Shown here: positions 22,573 to 26,512 of the stretch, piece after piece
Layout of the letters: each line of letters starts with the position of its first letter
Position numbering within the stretch: the first letter of the stretch is position 1
Source of the DNA: a virus
Lineage: Duplodnaviria; Caudoviricetes
Strand: one strand, 5' to 3'
IMG/VR virus record: IMGVR_UViG_3300037518_000324
Location: 1-26,512 of that record
Length of the DNA: 26,512 bases
Program-made: the position numbers and the translations under genes
The notes under the pieces: generated by a model
Seen by the model: the letters and a program-made list of their open reading frames with translations, nothing else
What the model was told of the DNA's origin: nothing
Database searches by the model: none

Positions 22573-23807
22573 CGGGCTGCTCCTGTGGCATTGCCGTTCG
22601 TGTTGCCGAGCACCGCCTCGGCCAGAAGATCGATCGGGGATGAGTTCAGGGGTGCGAGGTAGACCCCGCCCTGCCCATCGGGCATCGGGTTGAGGTTCTC
22701 CCGCTCGCGGATCTCGTCGCCGCTCATCCACGAGACGCCGCCCGACGCGAGGCGGTAGGCGTTGAAGCGATCGAGCGTCTTCCCCCGCAGCAATGAGTCC
22801 TGGAGATGCTCGGCGAAGAACCGGGGGTCGCCGATGATGTCCTTGTTGATCTGCTGCTCGATCCGTACGGACGGTGGCCCCAGTGTCCCGACGACGTGGT
22901 CGATGTTGCTTTCCTCGATGTTGCTAAACGTCGCGCGACTGAAGTCGGACAGCTTGTGCGGCGCGAGGCGCAGGCCGCGGGCAATCTCCTCGATGCTGAA
23001 GCGCCGGGATTCGAGGAACTGCGCCTCCTCCGGCGGGAAGCCGAGTTGCTCGATCTCCATCCCCTCGTCGAGCACGGCCGTGCGCTGGGCGTTGGTGAGG
23101 CCCTTGTGCTGCTCGTCCCACGACTCGGCGATGTTCTTCTTCGCCGTCCGAGCGAGCTGCTCCTTGTGCTTGATGATGATCCCCGGGCGCGCGTCGTTGG
23201 CGAACGTCCGGAGGCCGTACTCCTCGGCCACCGTGTAGGACTCCAGTGCCCGGCGCATGAGCCGGACCCGGCTGTAACCGATCAGTCCATCGAAGCCCCA
23301 GCCCGGGACGTGGAAGATGCGCGCGGCCGGGATGACGACGCCCGACCCGTCAGGCAGGCGGTACTTGTATACCCGCTTGCCGGTGTTCATCTCGACCGTC
23401 ATCCGGTCGGGGCGCAACGGCCACAACCGGACCGGAACACCGAGGCCGTTCAGTTCCTTTTCGGCGTACCAGTTGCCCCACGAGTACAGGTGCCCGACGC
23501 CCGTCTCGCGGTAGACCATCGACGTCATCTCGGGGTTCGGCGAGTCGTGCAGCAAGCCGTAGGCGGGGTGCTCGGGCGCCCGGCGCTTGCCTTTCTCGAG
23601 CCGCTCGTACGTGATGAGCGGCATCGACGCGATGTCCTCGGCGATGAGCCGAATACCGGCGGAGAACGCGTTGACCCCCGATACCGCGGTGTCGTGGTTG
23701 ACGGTGGCCCCGGTGATCGAGGCGCCGATGCTCCCCCCCGACGGCGACCAGCCGACCGCGGGGTAGCCGACCTGCGCCTTGCGCAAGGCACCCGACAGGA
23801 TGCCCAC
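22569..23807 (-). CDS. HK97-family portal protein, 412 aa
   Basis: LLHDSPNPEMT, WGNWYA, LWPLRPDRM, DGLIGYS, PPEEAQFLESRRF, DEIRERENLNP motifs. Confidence 0.95.
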   Translation of the reverse strand: MGILSGALRKAQVGYPAVGWSPSGGSIGASITGATVNHDTAVSGVNAFSAGIRLIAEDIASMPLITYERLEKGKRRAPEHPAYGLLHDSPNPEMTSMVYRETGVGHLYSWGNWYAEKELNGLGVPVRLWPLRPDRMTVEMNTGKRVYKYRLPDGSGVVIPAARIFHVPGWGFDGLIGYSRVRLMRRALESYTVAEEYGLRTFANDARPGIIIKHKEQLARTAKKNIAESWDEQHKGLTNAQRTAVLDEGMEIEQLGFPPEEAQFLESRRFSIEEIARGLRLAPHKLSDFSRATFSNIEESNIDHVVGTLGPPSVRIEQQINKDIIGDPRFFAEHLQDSLLRGKTLDRFNAYRLASGGVSWMSGDEIRERENLNPMPDGQGGVYLAPLNSSPIDLLAEAVLGNTNGNATGAAR

Positions 23808-24038
23808 CTACCGGCCCCTAATGAGCAACTGCACGTTGACCCAGATCGACGTCAACGGGATCAGGAGCACGCCGACGACGCCGAACGCTGCGGACGGTGC
23901 GGCGAGGCCGATGAAGATGAAGCCGAGCGACACGAGCGTCACGGCATCGTCCCTATCGAACGCGCGCATGACCCGGCGGATCTCGACGTACAGGCGAAGC
24001 CGCGCATCGAACCGGCGCGCGGAGGGGGTGACGGTCAT
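23808..24038 (-). CDS. Small membrane protein between terminase and portal, 76 aa
   Basis: Hydrophobic C-terminal half (VTLVSLGFIFIGLAAPSAAFGVVGVLLIPL); ATGA overlap with the terL stop. Confidence 0.65.
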   Translation of the reverse strand: MTVTPSARRFDARLRLYVEIRRVMRAFDRDDAVTLVSLGFIFIGLAAPSAAFGVVGVLLIPLTSIWVNVQLLIRGR

Positions 24039-25678
24039 TGCGTCCTCGCTGGCCCCGCGAAGGTGAGGCCCTCGTCTTCGTAGTTGCTGCGGAACGGCCC
24101 GGTCGGTTGACTCGCCCACCAGCGCGCCCGGTGGTACGCGCCGACCGCGCAGATGCCGAGGTCGATGTGGCGGGGTGAGCCGCGGTGCTCCTTGACCGGA
24201 CGCGGGCCGAGCCGGTCGACCTTGAGGACGAAGTTCTGTACGTGACGGATGAGCCGCGGGTCGCCCGAGTGGGTGAGCTTGGCGGTCGTCACGCCGTCAT
24301 AGAAGTCGGCCCAGGCCGGGACGATCCGGGCGGGATACGCGGTGTTGAACTCGACCACCGGCAGGCCGGCCGCCTGCAATACCTGGAGCGACGAGGCCCA
24401 GCGGAACGGATCGCACGCCACTTCCACCACGTCGTACGTGACGCAGGCGTCCATGACCGCCTTCTCCACCGCCCCGATGTCCACCCGCCAGACGGGATCC
24501 TCTGGCGGTCGCTCCCACGCCCCGACGACGTCGAGGAAGCCGTCCATCGTGCACCCGACGAGCCCGGTCGAGTCGCCCGAGTAGCTGCCGTCGAGGAAGA
24601 GCACGATCCGCTCTTTGGGCACGAGCTTGCGCGTGACGGCGCGGCCCTCGAACACCCCCGACGGGAGGGCGGCGTGCGCGGCGTTCACCCATTGGCTGAG
24701 GCGCTTGATCCGAAACTCCGCTTCCGGCGTCCGGCCCGGCTGCGCGGCGGCGCGGATGTCCGCGGTGTCGAGGATGTCACCGAGCCCGGGGTTCGCCTCG
24801 GCCCACGTCCGCGGGTCGTCGATCGGCGCATCGGACTTGCGCGGTTCCCACCAGGCCATGAAGAACGTCGGATCGTCGACCTCTCCGGTGGCCACCCGGA
24901 CGCCGTGCTGGTAGAGGGTGTAGGCGATCGAGTCGAAGCCGGTCGAGTCCGTCCGGACACCGGCCGTCGTCACGATGAGCATGAGCGGGTCGACCCGGGC
25001 GCCCATCGCGAGGGCCATCACGTCGTACAGCTCGCGGTTCGGCCAGGCGTGCAGCTCGTCGGCGATGACGAGGGTCGGGCTGAGGCCCTCTTTCGTGTAC
25101 GCCTCGGAACTCAGCGCCCGGTAGATCGAGCCGGTGGCGGTGTCCTCGATCGCGTCGCGGTAGAGCTTCGCCCGGGCCATGAGTTCGGGATCCATCTCGA
25201 CCGTCCGCCGGGCGGCGGTGAACACCAGCCGTGCCTGGTCCCGGTCGGCAGCGCACGAGTAGACCTCGGCCCCGTCGCCTTCGGCGAACGTCCCGTACAC
25301 CGCGATCGGCGCGACGTCGCCGGTCTTCCCGTTCTTCCGGCCCATCCCCCACATGGCGATCCGGTGCCGTCGTCGCCCGTCCGGGGTTCGGGCGAAGGTG
25401 TGGAGGTGGAGCTGGCGCTGCCAGTCGCGCGGCCGGAGAGGCTCGCCGGTCCGGCCGGCGATGCTGTCCTTCGTGATCCGGCCGTACGTCTCGACGAACT
25501 CGTTGACGTCCTCTCCGTCGCCGCGCCGGATATCGGCGAGCGGAACGGGGGTCAGCCAGCGGGGCGGCCACGCGCCTCGCGGCGTTCGCGCAACTCCTCG
25601 AGCTTGGACCGGGCTTTCACTTCGGCGACGCCGGCCCGGCTGCGGTCGGAGGGCGTCAGGTACAGGGCTGATTGCCAC
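24035..25678 (-). CDS. terL: Terminase large subunit (start position uncertain)
   Basis: Walker A MGRKNGKT, Walker B VIADELH, IVTTAG, WAEANPGL; nuclease motifs FLDGSYSGDST and HIDL. Confidence 0.93.
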   Translation of the reverse strand: MAISPVPDALRPQPGRRRRSESPVQARGVARTPRGAWPPRWLTPVPLADIRRGDGEDVNEFVETYGRITKDSIAGRTGEPLRPRDWQRQLHLHTFARTPDGRRRHRIAMWGMGRKNGKTGDVAPIAVYGTFAEGDGAEVYSCAADRDQARLVFTAARRTVEMDPELMARAKLYRDAIEDTATGSIYRALSSEAYTKEGLSPTLVIADELHAWPNRELYDVMALAMGARVDPLMLIVTTAGVRTDSTGFDSIAYTLYQHGVRVATGEVDDPTFFMAWWEPRKSDAPIDDPRTWAEANPGLGDILDTADIRAAAQPGRTPEAEFRIKRLSQWVNAAHAALPSGVFEGRAVTRKLVPKERIVLFLDGSYSGDSTGLVGCTMDGFLDVVGAWERPPEDPVWRVDIGAVEKAVMDACVTYDVVEVACDPFRWASSLQVLQAAGLPVVEFNTAYPARIVPAWADFYDGVTTAKLTHSGDPRLIRHVQNFVLKVDRLGPRPVKEHRGSPRHIDLGICAVGAYHRARWWASQPTGPFRSNYEDEGLTFAGPARTQ

Positions 25679-26025
25679 TTCGTGATCTGAGCCTCCGTCG
25701 TGGCGAGCGCCCCGTGGGCCGGGTTCAGGTAGGCGTAGCCTTTGTCGGTGTAGAGGACGTAGCCCTGCGACGCGAGTTCGGCCAGGAGATGCGAACGGCG
25801 GTCGAGCGCCTCGCAGTAGAGGCGCAGGACCCGGAGGTCCGACGGCGCGATCCACGGGCACGAACCGAGGACGAACCGCCATTCGTGTGCGCCGTCATCG
25901 CCGAGCGTGTCCGGCGGGGCGAGGTCACGCGGAGCCGGATCGACCACGACCAGCGCCGTGGGGAGCGGTCGCTTGCCGGGGTTGCCGAGGGCCCGCTTCA
26001 GTTCGGTCGGCTTGCGGAGTGACAC
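25552..26025 (-). CDS. terS: P27-family terminase small subunit
   Basis: RKPTELKRALGNPGKRPL, LRLYCEA, NPA, LTPSDRSR. GTG 26025 follows AAGGA; ATG 26034 is an alternative start. Confidence 0.9.
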   Translation of the reverse strand: MSLRKPTELKRALGNPGKRPLPTALVVVDPAPRDLAPPDTLGDDGAHEWRFVLGSCPWIAPSDLRVLRLYCEALDRRSHLLAELASQGYVLYTDKGYAYLNPAHGALATTEAQITKWQSALYLTPSDRSRAGVAEVKARSKLEELRERREARGRPAG

Positions 26026-26036
26026 GGTGCGCATCC

Positions 26037-26055
26037 TTGTACAAACTGGTACAGT
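26037..26055 (+). promoter_or_regulatory. Palindromic operator and extended -10 for a leaderless plus-strand gene
   Basis: TTGTACAA (26037-26044), then ACTG-GTA-CAGT (26045-26055). TGG-TACAGT ends 7 nt before ATG 26063. Confidence 0.55.
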
Positions 26056-26062
26056 CGTGCGC

Positions 26063-26290
26063 ATGGACACGATCACGAGCAGCGAGTTCCGAAGGCGATA
26101 CGCGAGCCTCACGAGCCCGACGATCGTCACCGTCAACGGTCACGCGATAGGGACGTACCAGCCGATCTCCGCGGCGATCGACTCGCGAGCGGCGGAGGGG
26201 ATCCGGCCCGGCGAGCCCCATACTCCGGTGGGCTCGAGCAGCTTCAACAGCCGCCCGTTCACGCCGGTTCCGAAGTCCGGCCGCCGCTAA
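26063..26290 (+). CDS. Orphan Phd/YefM-like DNA-binding protein, 75 aa
   Basis: MDTITSSEFRRRYASLTSPTIVTVNGHAIGTYQP follows the Phd/YefM beta-alpha-beta-beta pattern with a shortened second helix; low-complexity C-terminus. Confidence 0.55.
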   Translation: MDTITSSEFRRRYASLTSPTIVTVNGHAIGTYQPISAAIDSRAAEGIRPGEPHTPVGSSSFNSRPFTPVPKSGRR

Positions 26291-26380
26291 GACTGCGGGG
26301 GGTTCACACTGCGGCAGTGTGCGCGAAACTAGCGCGGGGTCAGGGCCCTATCGAGGTTCCAGGGATTTCACCCGCCCCCG
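26291..26380. other. Probable cos / packaging-site region
   Basis: Lies between the packaging HNH gene and terS. Contains the perfect inverted repeat CACACTGC-G-GCAGTGTG (26305-26321) and CGCG-N7-CGCG. The cut site cannot be determined from sequence alone. Confidence 0.4.
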
Positions 26381-26512
26381 GTCCGCGTGCTGCTTGGCCG
26401 CGTTGCAGTTCCGGCAGAGAACGAGCCCGAGCGTCGCGTGGTCGGTGGTCAGGGGGTTGGCCGGGGTGTCTGCTGTCTCGGGCCAGCGGCAGGGGTTGGT
26501 GTGGCACCACGG
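26348..26512 (-). CDS. Packaging-associated HNH endonuclease (HK97 gp74-like), 5'-truncated
   Basis: Not in the track. Manual translation PWCHTNPC...NPLTTDHATLGLVLCRNCNAAK...stop; located upstream of terS. Confidence 0.75.
   Translation of the reverse strand, partial: PWCHTNPCRWPETADTPANPLTTDHATLGLVLCRNCNAAKQHADRGRVKSLEPR

Noticed and set aside
6361-25690. Long plus-strand ORFs (6361..8007, 9564..11087, 10900..12684, 18626..19900, 20567..22243, 22806..24083, 24185..25690)
   Set aside because: They are antisense shadows of clear minus-strand phage genes. They are Arg/Gly-rich, lack motifs and are expected in high-GC coding DNA.
26035-26136. N-terminal extension of TerS to 194 aa
   Set aside because: P27-type TerS begins near RKPTELK. 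The extension overlaps the plus-strand Phd-like gene and its promoter.
1-26512. Complete circular genome or alternative genetic code
   Set aside because: No terminal repeat was seen and both ends cut through unrelated genes. TAG, TGA and TAA all end genes at sensible positions.

Overview
A very GC-rich fragment of a temperate, HK97-like siphovirus or prophage, truncated at both ends. Most genes lie on the minus strand. From right to left: a partial packaging HNH nuclease, a probable cos region, TerS, TerL, portal, prohead protease, major capsid, three capsid-adjacent proteins, head-tail adaptor, a gp10-like neck protein, a four-gene putative fibre cluster with a 10 x 24-aa repeat, tail terminator, two paralogous tail-tube genes, a tail chaperone with a -1 frameshift, a 623-aa tape measure, Dit-like, hub/fibre and beta-propeller genes. 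A cro/cI divergent switch at about 4.1-4.2 kb drives a chain of 15 overlapping early ORFs that includes an HNH nuclease and a short C5 methyltransferase. A plus-strand cassette of small membrane proteins and a membrane-anchored transglutaminase-like enzyme follows cI. No integrase, lysin or replication gene was recognised. The most notable observations are: an orphan Phd/YefM-like gene with a TGTACA palindrome placed divergently just upstream of terS; recurring intergenic hairpins whose loops are complementary to the next ribosome-binding region; a promoter and ORF antisense to the cI 3' end; and a tRNA-like fold inside an early ORF. All functional calls come from motif recognition and gene order by eye. 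No database search was run.
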